A DNA stretch of 41,488 nucleotides from UHGV virus genome UHGV-0206448; one strand, given 5' to 3'. Origin of the DNA: a virus. Shown here in pieces: positions 19,044-27,334 of the stretch (position 1 is the first letter of the stretch; each line of letters begins with the position of its first letter). The translations under genes were made by a program, and so were the position numbers. Under the pieces are notes generated by a model. The model saw only the letters and a program-made list of their open reading frames with translations. It ran no database searches and was not told the DNA's origin.

Positions 19044-19071
19044 TTGACAAGTTACAAATATGTGATATACT
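19044..19071 (+). promoter_or_regulatory. Early rightward promoter (TTGACA-16-TGaTATACT) in the genetic switch region.
   Basis: -35 TTGACA at 19044-19049. Extended -10 TGATATACT ending at 19071. Drives the Cro-like gene. Confidence 0.5.
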
Positions 19072-19104
19072 AGGGGTAACTTAAAAAGATACGGAGGTGA
19101 TACG

Positions 19105-19305
19105 GTGATAAAAACAAATGAGTTAAGAGGCGTAATTGCTAAGAATGGATATTCTCAGTCGGATGTGGCTGGAATGATTGGAATTACGCCAAAAACGTTT
19201 TATGAAAAAATGAAAAACGGAGTTTTTGGAAGTAATGAAATACAAATTATGATAGACAGACTTCATATCGAAGACCCGGTTTCAATTTTTTTTGCCAAAG
19301 AGTAA
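19105..19305 (+). CDS. Cro-like / DUF739-type HTH regulator.
   Basis: 66 aa with GTG start and RBS GGAGGTGA. 'GYSQSDVAGMIGITPKTFYEKM' HTH. Divergent from the repressor. Confidence 0.7.
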   Translation: MIKTNELRGVIAKNGYSQSDVAGMIGITPKTFYEKMKNGVFGSNEIQIMIDRLHIEDPVSIFFAKE

Positions 19306-19337
19306 CTTTTAAAGATACTTAATGAAGGAGAGAAACA

Positions 19338-19562
19338 GTGAACAATTTAACAGTATTTGAACAAAACGGTCAGCTACTCACCGACAGTAGAGAAGTAGCA
19401 ATGATGGTAGGAAAAGATCATGTAAAACTCTTAAGAGATATCAAAGGATATGCAAGTCATCTCATTGAAGCCATTTTTGGATTGAATGAATACTTCATTA
19501 AATCAGAGCACAAGGACAGTATCGGAATGATAGAGGGCAGAGTAGTAGGAAAGCGAGGTTAA
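19338..19562 (+). CDS. Rha-family phage regulatory protein (N-terminal domain only).
   Basis: 74 aa with 'LTDSREVAMMVGKDHVKLLRDIKGY', matching the Rha N-domain pattern. Confidence 0.55.
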   Translation: MNNLTVFEQNGQLLTDSREVAMMVGKDHVKLLRDIKGYASHLIEAIFGLNEYFIKSEHKDSIGMIEGRVVGKRG

Positions 19563-19694
19563 AGCATGAAAAGAAAAGAAGAAAAAATAAGGGAACGTGA
19601 GATTTTACATAATTATATGGAAATTCTTGCGTTGAACCACAAAGAGATAGAGCCAGCCACAATGACCGACTCTATATGTAAGTTGCACAGCGAA

Positions 19695-19880
19695 TTAAAT
19701 TCCACCACTAATATTAGTATTAAGTTTTGCGGAATTATTCTTGCTATCTTGCTTGCGAATCTTGCGGTAGGCTTCTTCGTACTTATCAGCAATTTCTTCA
19801 GGAGTAAGGTTTGACAAATCCTGATTTCGCAAGTAGAGCATGGCTAATGCTTCGCATTTTGTGCTTGGAAACGTAGCCAT
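19695..19880 (-). CDS. 61-aa hypothetical protein on the opposite strand, with strong RBS.
   Basis: RBS AAAGGAGAAATGAT before the ATG (MATFPSTK...). Charged helical sequence. Overlaps and is preferred over the + ORF 19566..19814, whose overlapping part looks like an antisense artefact. Confidence 0.4.
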   Translation of the reverse strand: MATFPSTKCEALAMLYLRNQDLSNLTPEEIADKYEEAYRKIRKQDSKNNSAKLNTNISGGI

Positions 19881-19952
19881 ATCATTTCTCCTTTCCTGTT
19901 TACTCGGCATTGGCAGATGCCTGTAAGCAAATTATAGGAGATATGGAAACAA

Positions 19953-20138
19953 ATGACAATAAAGATTCAACAAGAAAGAGGTGCGATAAAAATCAACTGG
20001 AATAAATTTTCGGAGTTGTTTGAAATTTCCGATGACGAAAAAGATTTTTTTGAAATGATCTACCGAAGACGCACCATATACAGATGCGTCATAGGAATTC
20101 TGATAATCATAATAATCGTGTTGTTATTAACGAGGTAA
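19953..20138 (+). CDS. 61-aa hypothetical protein with a C-terminal TM helix.
   Basis: RBS AGGAGAT. 'IGILIIIIIVLLL' tail. Convergent with the next gene. Confidence 0.3.
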   Translation: MTIKIQQERGAIKINWNKFSELFEISDDEKDFFEMIYRRRTIYRCVIGILIIIIIVLLLTR

Positions 20139-20433
20139 TAACTGACGCAACGATGGAAATTATAAGCGGCCAAAGCTTACTGTCAAAGAATTTCTTTCTA
20201 CGGTAAGCACAGTAACGGAAGTATTTTTCTGTAAGAGAAAAAGTTCTTTCCGGCGCTTCATCAGATGGAGTTGTGTCAATAAAAGAATAATTGCTTGATA
20301 TTAGTTTATATCTCATTAGCGGCTTTTCGGATTTGCCAAGAAAACCTGATGTAACTGTTTTCTTGAACCTCATACAGAACAGCTTAAATTTTTCTGGGAA
20401 TAGCAAGCAAATTTCATCAAAATCAGAATTCAT
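20107..20433 (-). CDS. 108-aa tail-anchored membrane protein, hypothetical.
   Basis: Strong RBS AAAGGAGAAAAAGT. C-terminal TM 'LWPLIISIVASVITSLITTRLL'. Lies in an AT-rich segment. Confidence 0.5.
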   Translation of the reverse strand: MNSDFDEICLLFPEKFKLFCMRFKKTVTSGFLGKSEKPLMRYKLISSNYSFIDTTPSDEAPERTFSLTEKYFRYCAYRRKKFFDSKLWPLIISIVASVITSLITTRLL

Positions 20434-20480
20434 ACTTTTTCTCCTTTGTTTTTGATAACTACATTATAAAGGAGGGAGAA

Positions 20481-20520
20481 AGGTAAAACAAGATAAAACG
20501 AGATAAAACAAGATAATAGG
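20481..20520 (+). repeat. Four tandem 10-bp direct repeats (GGTAAAACAA / GATAAAACGA / GATAAAACAA / GATAATAGGA) in the leader of the antirepressor gene.
   Basis: Read directly. Perfect 10-bp phasing, immediately upstream of the RBS. Confidence 0.7.
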
Positions 20521-20527
20521 AGGTAAC

Positions 20528-21355
20528 ATGAACGAATTAAAAGTTTTTAATAATGAAGAGTTCGGTAAAATCCGAACAGTGACAATTAACAATGAACCGT
20601 GGTTTGTCGGGAAAGATGTGGCAACAGCTCTCGGATACAAAAACACAAAAGACGCACTCGCTACTCACATTGAAGATTGCGACAGAATTATGGGGTCGCA
20701 AAACGCTACCCCATCTATTAAAGATAGCATGGGAAGGAGTCAATATCCGACATGGATCAATGAATCTGGCTTATACGCCCTCATCTTCGGCAGCAAACTA
20801 GAATCCGCAAAGGAATTCAAACACTGGGTAACATCTGAAGTTCTACCGACACTCAGAAAAACTGGCTCTTATGAGATGCCGAAAACAAAACAGCGCAACG
20901 AGCGTCTCGCCAGTGTCAACAATGCAGTAAAGATTTTAACGCCGATGCTCCAAGCAGCAGGGTGCAACAGTAAAATACAGCTCCTGACTGCAAAATCTCT
21001 TTACGAGAAAGCAGGAGTTGATCTTCCAATCACGATTGAAGCGGATCAGCAGTATGTAGATACGGTACATATCGCAAGACAAGCAAGGCTTTACTTTCAG
21101 AGTTCAGGCAAGCCGGCAGACAAAGCTGTGAATGAGATTATTCGTAGGTTAGATTTGTCAGAAGACATGTATACGGAAACATGGGAATCCAAAGGAAAGT
21201 GGCAAGGAACCGTAAGAAAATATGCGCCGGAAGTGATCGGGATGGTAAAGCAGTGGTACGCAGATAATGGATATCCGAGAGAAATCTCGTATACGCAGTG
21301 CGATGGACAAGCGAAAAAGTATCATGTCATCGTTAGAGATTCAGACACAGAGTAA
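20528..21355 (+). CDS. Phage antirepressor (BRO-N N-terminal domain plus KilA-C/Ant-like C-terminal domain).
   Basis: 275 aa. 'FGKIRTVTINNEPWFVGKDVATALGY' is the Bro-N signature. Confidence 0.85.
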   Translation: MNELKVFNNEEFGKIRTVTINNEPWFVGKDVATALGYKNTKDALATHIEDCDRIMGSQNATPSIKDSMGRSQYPTWINESGLYALIFGSKLESAKEFKHWVTSEVLPTLRKTGSYEMPKTKQRNERLASVNNAVKILTPMLQAAGCNSKIQLLTAKSLYEKAGVDLPITIEADQQYVDTVHIARQARLYFQSSGKPADKAVNEIIRRLDLSEDMYTETWESKGKWQGTVRKYAPEVIGMVKQWYADNGYPREISYTQCDGQAKKYHVIVRDSDTE

Positions 21356-21412
21356 AAATGCGCAGGACAACATACCTCGGACAATCCAACCTGCATACAT
21401 AGTAGAGAGGTG

Positions 21413-21571
21413 ATGATTTTGATCGTAGAAACAGTAAAAGTAAAAAATGCAACAATCCGAGTACACGATGATTGTTATGTGGATCGCACAGAAGAGGAAG
21501 TTAAAAAACTTATAGATGGATGTTGCCGGATTATTCAGGGAGCATTGATGCGAAAAGAGAAAACCGCCTAG
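21413..21571 (+). CDS. 52-aa hypothetical protein.
   Basis: RBS AGAGAGGTGA. ORF ends inside the palindrome ACCGCCTAGGCGGT. Confidence 0.3.
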   Translation: MILIVETVKVKNATIRVHDDCYVDRTEEEVKKLIDGCCRIIQGALMRKEKTA

Positions 21572-21592
21572 GCGGTAGAAAGGAGGACAAGC

Positions 21593-21781
21593 ATGGTAAT
21601 AAAAGGAACCTACCACTGCCAGACCACTCAGCAACCCAACACATTAAACAGCTGGGACATCCGGTCAGTCTCTGTAGATCTGCCGGAAGAAGAGGACAAG
21701 CCTTACTGGCACAAGGTTACAGCATCTGTGATCGGGTTTGTGCTGGTGCTACTGTCGTGGTATCTGGTGTTTGGGTATTAA
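21593..21781 (+). CDS. 62-aa membrane protein with a C-terminal TM.
   Basis: RBS AAAGGAGG. 'VIGFVLVLLSWYLVFGY'. Confidence 0.45.
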   Translation: MVIKGTYHCQTTQQPNTLNSWDIRSVSVDLPEEEDKPYWHKVTASVIGFVLVLLSWYLVFGY

Positions 21782-21867
21782 AAATGAGTGCTGTCACAGG
21801 GCGGCAACCCTCGAGCACTCAAGAAATTAAATCATTTAAATTGTAGACGAAAAGGAGAAGTTTGTAA

Positions 21868-23298
21868 ATGAAAATTACGAAAATTAAGATCAAAAATCTT
21901 TATGGAATTACAGAATATGAAGGAGACGGAAAGAGTGTAGAGCTTTCCGGAACAAATGGAGCAGGTAAATCTTCTGTGATTGATGCGATTCGGTACGCAC
22001 TTACAAATAAGTCGAACCGTAAATATGTCGTCAGAAATGGAGAAACAGAGGGGGAAATTCTGATTGAAACAGATAACGGATTGAGAATCAATCGGAAGGC
22101 AAGAACGAATCAAGCGGATTACAAGAGCGTGAAGCAGAACGGTCATGAGGTGGGGAGTCCGGAAACATTTTTGAAAGATATTTTTACTCCACTGCAGCTG
22201 TCACCGGTTGAATTTATGGAGAAATCCGAAAAAGAGCAGAATGCAATTTTGCTTGATATGATCCAGTATGACTGGTCATTGCAGACAATTCGTGAATGGT
22301 TTGGTGAAATTCCAGATTGGGTATCTTACGATCAGAATATTTTACAAGTTTTGAATGATATACAGTCGGAAAACGGCATGTATTACAGGAATCGGCAGGA
22401 TGTGAATAGAGATATCCGGAATAAAAAATCATTTGTTGAGGATATCGCAGATGCTATCCCGTCTGGATACGATGCAGAAAAATGGGAAAATGAAAATCTT
22501 GGACAGCTGTATCAGGAAATCGAGCGCATCAGAAAAGAAAATGAGCAGATCGAGAAAGCAAAGCGATTCATCGAGCAGAGGGATAATAAAGTCCGGTCGT
22601 TCGAAGCGGATAAAGAGATTAAATTATCTGCATTGGAAAGGTCATTTACCGCAGAGAGAGAGCGGCTTTTGAAAGAGAACGAAAGACTGCAGGCTCAGTT
22701 AAGAGAAAATCAAACAATGCTTGCTGGTATGGAAGAAAGAAAAGCGGACAAAGCAGAAGTAATCGTAAAAGAATATGAAGCGAATGTTGCGAAATATGAC
22801 AGCTCTGTAGAAGAGTACAAGGAATTGTCTGAAAAAGAAGTGCAGGATTACTCGGAATTGCAGAATCAGGCATCTTATGCGGAAGAGATGAAATCCCACT
22901 TGAATGAATATCGGCGAATGGTTGATCTGCAGAACGAAGTGGAGAAATTAAAAGCAGAATCCGAAGATTTTACGCAGAAAATCGAAAAGGCACGGTCTCT
23001 TCCTGGGGAAATTCTAGAAACTGCAACTATTCCAATTTCTGGCCTTACGGTTGTAAATGGAGTTCCACTGATTCACGGACTACCGATCAGCAATCTATCA
23101 GACGGAGAAAAACTTGATCTTTGTATTGATGTGGCGATTCAAAAACCGAATGGACTGCAGATCATCCTGATTGATGGAGTAGAGAAAATGTCTACAAAAA
23201 TGCGGACAGAGCTGTATCAGAAGTGCAAAGATAAGGGATTACAGTTTATCGCAACAAGAACAACAGATGAAGAAGATCTGACAGTGATTGAATTATAA
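21868..23298 (+). CDS. SMC/RecF/SbcC-like AAA ATPase of the phage recombination module.
   Basis: 476 aa. Walker A 'GTNGAGKSS', long coiled coil, C-terminal signature/Walker B 'LSDGEKLDL...ILIDGVEKM'. Confidence 0.8.
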   Translation: MKITKIKIKNLYGITEYEGDGKSVELSGTNGAGKSSVIDAIRYALTNKSNRKYVVRNGETEGEILIETDNGLRINRKARTNQADYKSVKQNGHEVGSPETFLKDIFTPLQLSPVEFMEKSEKEQNAILLDMIQYDWSLQTIREWFGEIPDWVSYDQNILQVLNDIQSENGMYYRNRQDVNRDIRNKKSFVEDIADAIPSGYDAEKWENENLGQLYQEIERIRKENEQIEKAKRFIEQRDNKVRSFEADKEIKLSALERSFTAERERLLKENERLQAQLRENQTMLAGMEERKADKAEVIVKEYEANVAKYDSSVEEYKELSEKEVQDYSELQNQASYAEEMKSHLNEYRRMVDLQNEVEKLKAESEDFTQKIEKARSLPGEILETATIPISGLTVVNGVPLIHGLPISNLSDGEKLDLCIDVAIQKPNGLQIILIDGVEKMSTKMRTELYQKCKDKGLQFIATRTTDEEDLTVIEL

Positions 23299-23309
23299 GG
23301 AGAATCGAT

Positions 23310-23945
23310 ATGGAAGAAATGATTGTAAAAGAGGAAAAACACGAATTGAGTCCATTTGCGGACAGCCAGAGTTTTCAGAAAATTTTTGATATTGGAAAAA
23401 TGTTTGCTACATCGCAGCTGGTGCCACAGAATTACCAAGGAAAACCAATGGATTGCACCATTGCAGTAGATATGGCGAATCGAATGGGCGTATCCCCTAT
23501 GATGGTCATGCAGAATCTGTATGTTGTAAAAGGTAAGCCTACATGGAGTGGACAGGCTTGTATGAGTATGATCCGGGCAAGTGAAGAGTTTAAAAATGTC
23601 CGTCTGGTATATTCCGGAGAACCGAACACTGACGGCAGAGGATGCAGAGTTGAAGCGGAATACAAAAGTGATGGAACGAAAGCGATTGGAACTACAGTGA
23701 CAATAGGAATGGCCAAAGAGATGAAATGGTATGACAAGCCGGGAAGCTTATGGAAAACCATGCCGGAGCAGATGCTCAGCTATAGAGCAGCGGCGTATTT
23801 TGCCAGATCCTATATTCCTAATGCTCTTATGGGAATGCACGTTGAGGGAGAACCGGAGGACATTTGTGAAAATGAGAGAGAAACTGTAGAAAACCCGTTT
23901 GATTTTGAAGCTGCAGTGCAAGAAGCACAGGAGGTATTTGAATGA
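23310..23945 (+). CDS. RecT/Redβ-family single-strand annealing protein.
   Basis: 211 aa. 'QLVPQNYQGKPMDCTIAVDMANRMGVSPMMVMQNLYVVKGKPTWSGQA' fits the RecT core. Confidence 0.7.
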   Translation: MEEMIVKEEKHELSPFADSQSFQKIFDIGKMFATSQLVPQNYQGKPMDCTIAVDMANRMGVSPMMVMQNLYVVKGKPTWSGQACMSMIRASEEFKNVRLVYSGEPNTDGRGCRVEAEYKSDGTKAIGTTVTIGMAKEMKWYDKPGSLWKTMPEQMLSYRAAAYFARSYIPNALMGMHVEGEPEDICENERETVENPFDFEAAVQEAQEVFE

Positions 23946-24739
23946 TTTTAACACAGGAAAATTATTACAGTAAAGAAGCAAATCAGGAGTATCTCAGTGT
24001 CTCGCAGTATAAGGATTTTTGCGGAACGATTGGGCGTGTTGGATGCGAGGAACAGGCACTTGCAAAGCTGAATGGTGACTGGGAATTGGAGAAAACAACA
24101 GCTCTTCTGGTTGGCTCTTATGTGGATTCGCATTTCGAAGGAACGCTTGATTTATTTAAGGCTCAGAATCCTGAGATATTCACAAAAAAAGGCGAGTTAA
24201 AGGCAGAGTACCGAAAAGCAGAAGAGATCATAAATAGAATCGAAAGAGACCCTTTATTCATGATGTTTATGAGTGGAGAAAAGCAGAAAATCTTTACGGC
24301 TGATCTGTTTGGAGCGAAATGGAAAGTGAAGCTTGACAGCTATTTGCCCGGTAAATGCATCGTTGATTTGAAAGTAATGAAATCCCTGAGAGAAGCGCAT
24401 TACGCAAAAGACATGGGATTGATGGACTTTGTGAGATTTTGGGGCTATGACATACAAGCTGCCGTATACCAAGAGGTAGTGAGGATCAATACAGGGGAGC
24501 GATTGCCGTTTTATATCGCAGCAGCCAGCAAGGAGAAAGTTCCAGATATCGAGATTATCCAGATTCCGCAGGAATGGATGAATGATTGCTTGTCTGGAAT
24601 GGAGATGAATGTGTCAAAGATTCTCTCTCTGAAAAACGGAGAGATCGATCCAATACGTTGTGAAGTTTGTGACTGGTGTAAGCACACCAAAATACTAAAA
24701 GCACCAATCTGGCCAGATAATTTGATAGGAGAAGTGTAG
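23942..24739 (+). CDS. PD-(D/E)XK exonuclease, Cas4-like with a Cys cluster.
   Basis: 265 aa. 'CIVDLKVMK' D-x-K motif. C-terminal 'CEVCDWCKH' plus an N-terminal Cys. Follows RecT. Confidence 0.7.
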   Translation: MILTQENYYSKEANQEYLSVSQYKDFCGTIGRVGCEEQALAKLNGDWELEKTTALLVGSYVDSHFEGTLDLFKAQNPEIFTKKGELKAEYRKAEEIINRIERDPLFMMFMSGEKQKIFTADLFGAKWKVKLDSYLPGKCIVDLKVMKSLREAHYAKDMGLMDFVRFWGYDIQAAVYQEVVRINTGERLPFYIAAASKEKVPDIEIIQIPQEWMNDCLSGMEMNVSKILSLKNGEIDPIRCEVCDWCKHTKILKAPIWPDNLIGEV

Positions 24740-25018
24740 ATGAAAAAGTCAGACACGATAGTGACAGAATACGTTGAGTTTTGCTTGATCTGCGGAAAAC
24801 CATACAACATCCATGGACATCATTTGATCTGTGGAAGAGGGAGAAGGCAGAACGGAACAAAGGATAAGTTGATTCTTCCTGTGTGCAGTGATTGTCACGG
24901 GAAAATACACGAAAATAGTGTAAGCATGGCATTGTCTAAGATGGTAGGACAGGCAATCTATGAGCAGAACCATACACGAGAGGAATTTAGGGAACGATAT
25001 GGACAATCATATTTTTGA
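24740..25018 (+). CDS. Small HNH-like endonuclease / zinc-finger protein.
   Basis: 92 aa. 'CLICGK...HGHHLICG...CSDCHGKIH'. Confidence 0.5.
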   Translation: MKKSDTIVTEYVEFCLICGKPYNIHGHHLICGRGRRQNGTKDKLILPVCSDCHGKIHENSVSMALSKMVGQAIYEQNHTREEFRERYGQSYF

Positions 25019-25403
25019 AATCAGAGGGAAATTTTACAAAGGACATTGCTTCCCGGGTCTGAATGATTACATACATGAGATCGGGAAGAACCCGAAAGTA
25101 GGAAATCGAATGAAGCAACAGTATCAGATGATAGCCTGTAACGCCGTCAGACTTGGCTTGAAGCGTTTTAAAACAGATAAGCCTATCATTCTGCACTATA
25201 CGTTTAAAGAGCCTAAAAAGGGCAATAAACGGGACAGAATGAATGTTTTCAGTTTTGCAGACAAGGTGATTGAAGACGCATTGCAGAAATGCGATGTGAT
25301 TGTTAACGATGATCCGGCTCATGTCGTGAATACAACGCATGAGTTTGAGTATGCAAGCGGAATCCCGTCAATCATTGTCCGAATTGAAGAGATAATGAGG
25401 TAG
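24999..25403 (+). CDS. RusA-family Holliday junction resolvase.
   Basis: 'DRMNVFSFADKVIEDALQKCDVIVNDDPAHV' is the RusA catalytic region. Start moved to the ATG at 24999 (RBS AGGGAA) to avoid a long overlap. Confidence 0.75.
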   Translation: MDNHIFEIRGKFYKGHCFPGLNDYIHEIGKNPKVGNRMKQQYQMIACNAVRLGLKRFKTDKPIILHYTFKEPKKGNKRDRMNVFSFADKVIEDALQKCDVIVNDDPAHVVNTTHEFEYASGIPSIIVRIEEIMR

Positions 25404-25513
25404 AGAGCCTTGTTATAAATTGTAACCCGTTCATGTTCAGGTACGTCACACTACGCTGAATACATATCCCGGGAGAAATCCCGGGAGGAAAGGAGTAAAA
25501 GACTCTAGGGACT

Positions 25514-26317
25514 ATGGCTAAAAAGTATTACTGGCTAAAACTGAAAAACAACTTTTTTAGTCAGCCAAAAATAAAAAAACTCAGGAAAATAGCCGGTGGA
25601 GATACTTACACGATCATATATCTAAAAATGCAGCTTTACAGTCTGGAAGATGATGGAAAGTTATATTTTGACGGCATCGAAGAGAATTTTGTAGAAGAAA
25701 TGGCGCTGAAGATAGATGAAGACCCGGAAAATGTAGGCGTTACAATTCAATTTTTGCTTGCGCAAGGACTTATGATTTTATGCGATGATAATGAGTATTT
25801 AATGACAGAAACGCAAGAATCAATAGGATCAGAAAGTGACTCCGCACAACGAGTTAGAGCGCATCGTGAGCGAAAAGCGTTACATTGTAACGATACAGTA
25901 ACATTGTGTAACACAGAGAAAGAGATAGAGATAGAGAAAGAGAATAGAGATAGAGTAAAGAGAAAAGAGAAAGAAAAAGAGATAGAAGAGTTATTTGAGC
26001 GATTATGGAAAAAATATCCGGAGAAAAAAGGAAAAGGGCAGGTAAGTAAAAAGAGCAAGGATAGGCTACTTGATATTGGCTACGAGCAATTCGAAAGAGC
26101 GATAAAACGCTATAAAGAAGATCTGAAAGAAAATAAATGGAGAAAACCACAATACGGCAGCACCTTTTTTAACACCGGATATGAAGATTATCTCGACAAA
26201 AATTATCAGCCACCAGAGAGGACGGCAAAACCGCCAGTAAGCAGAAACTTAAACAACTTCGAACGCAGAGGATACGACATGGATTCTCTGGAAGAGCAGT
26301 TATTGAAGTCAAATTAA
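25514..26317 (+). CDS. Phage replisome organizer (N-terminal Phage_rep_org_N-type domain).
   Basis: 'MAKKYYWLKLKNNFFSQPKIKKLRKIAGGDTYTIIYLKMQ' matches the replisome-organizer N-terminus. An internal repeat-rich DNA segment codes the Glu/Lys-rich linker. Confidence 0.8.
   Translation: MAKKYYWLKLKNNFFSQPKIKKLRKIAGGDTYTIIYLKMQLYSLEDDGKLYFDGIEENFVEEMALKIDEDPENVGVTIQFLLAQGLMILCDDNEYLMTETQESIGSESDSAQRVRAHRERKALHCNDTVTLCNTEKEIEIEKENRDRVKRKEKEKEIEELFERLWKKYPEKKGKGQVSKKSKDRLLDIGYEQFERAIKRYKEDLKENKWRKPQYGSTFFNTGYEDYLDKNYQPPERTAKPPVSRNLNNFERRGYDMDSLEEQLLKSN
25882..25990 (+). repeat. Putative origin of replication inside the replisome-organizer gene.
   Basis: Two ACATTGT(G)TAAC repeats, then about 75 nt of AG-rich iteron-like repeats (GAGATAGA/GAGAAAGA units). 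Confidence 0.5.
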
Positions 26318-26326
26318 GGAGGAATT

Positions 26327-26911
26327 ATGGAACCGAAGAAAGTAACGATAAATTACGCTCTGCTCTGCAAGGAATTGGAGAAGCAGGGCAAGACGAAAGA
26401 GAAATTCTCGGCGGAACTCGGGAGAAGCAAGTCTTTTGTCTGCAATATGGCGAAGAACCCGGAACAGACAGAAGATTTTGAAAGAACCATGTGTTTACTT
26501 CTCGGACTTGAGCCGGGAAGTCTGGTGAAAGAACCGGAGAAGAAAGGAATGACTGCGGCGCAGGCTCTTACAGTGATCAGGGATGAAATTTTAGAGAATC
26601 GTAGAATCATGCAGGAGAATTTTGAGAAAATCTGGAACAAGCTGAACACCAACACTATCCAACTGGAAAAGATTAAGGACAAGGTCAACGAGGTATCTAA
26701 GACTGATTATGACAAGGCAGTGGAATGGTTAAGAGACAAAATGGAAGGTGGTCGCTATGACGGGGCGAAGTTGCTCATGGAGTCAGAAGCGGCAGGAATT
26801 AAAAGGTCGGACATCATGAAAGCGAAAGCAGAACTTGGAGTAAGAATCCAGACTACAGGGTACGGAAAGAATGTGAAAGCATGGTGGAGCTTAAAGGGTG
26901 AACAGGCATGA
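26327..26911 (+). CDS. HTH-domain protein of the replication/early region, hypothetical.
   Basis: 194 aa. N-terminal XRE-like HTH 'FSAELGRSKSFVCNMAKNPEQ'. No NTPase motifs. Confidence 0.45.
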   Translation: MEPKKVTINYALLCKELEKQGKTKEKFSAELGRSKSFVCNMAKNPEQTEDFERTMCLLLGLEPGSLVKEPEKKGMTAAQALTVIRDEILENRRIMQENFEKIWNKLNTNTIQLEKIKDKVNEVSKTDYDKAVEWLRDKMEGGRYDGAKLLMESEAAGIKRSDIMKAKAELGVRIQTTGYGKNVKAWWSLKGEQA

Positions 26912-27017
26912 ACATGAAAAGATATGGGTTTAAGATTTGCAAGAAAAGACACGGAAACATGGATTTTTACACAAAAGTTAGCTCCAAGCGCAAGAGAAAG
27001 AAAAGGGTGAGAGGAAA

Positions 27018-27284
27018 ATGAGTAGACCAGCACACTTTCTTGATCCGTACCAGTTCCAAATCGAAGAGATGGTAAAACTCGGATGCACGGATGAGCATAT
27101 CCATAAAGTCTTGCATGACATTCAGAAAGCGGAATTTACCAGAGATGATCTTATCCGGTACATGGATAAGACTGGGATCCGGAAAAGAAGAGCAGCGAAA
27201 AGATGGACGCGGAACAAAGAGGTTGAGTGGGAAGGACTTTGCAAGCAGTTGCGAGGGAATAAGAAGAAAATAAGCGAAAAATAG
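27018..27284 (+). CDS. Hypothetical 88-aa basic protein.
   Basis: RBS GAGAGGAAAA. No recognised motif. Confidence 0.4.
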   Translation: MSRPAHFLDPYQFQIEEMVKLGCTDEHIHKVLHDIQKAEFTRDDLIRYMDKTGIRKRRAAKRWTRNKEVEWEGLCKQLRGNKKKISEK

Positions 27285-27334
27285 AAAGGAGCCAGCCTCC
27301 GGCCGGGGCAAGGGTATACCGGGCTTCTGAGAAA

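Noticed and set aside
18973-19050. N-terminal extension of the repressor ORF (track start at 19050)
   Set aside because: The extension is hydrophobic junk and would run through the divergent promoter. An internal GTG with a good RBS gives a canonical HTH N-terminus.
19566-19814. 82-aa + strand ORF after Rha
   Set aside because: Weak RBS. Its C-terminal half is the antisense of a better-supported minus-strand gene with a strong RBS. Kept only as a low-probability alternative.
21520-21846. 108-aa + strand ORF
   Set aside because: It overlaps two shorter ORFs that have proper RBSs and stops. Likely spurious.
26908-27021. 37-aa very basic peptide ORF (MNMKRYGFKICKKRHGNMDFYTKVSSKRKRKKRVRGK)
   Set aside because: No clear RBS. 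It overlaps the RBS region of the next gene. Possibly real but unsupported.
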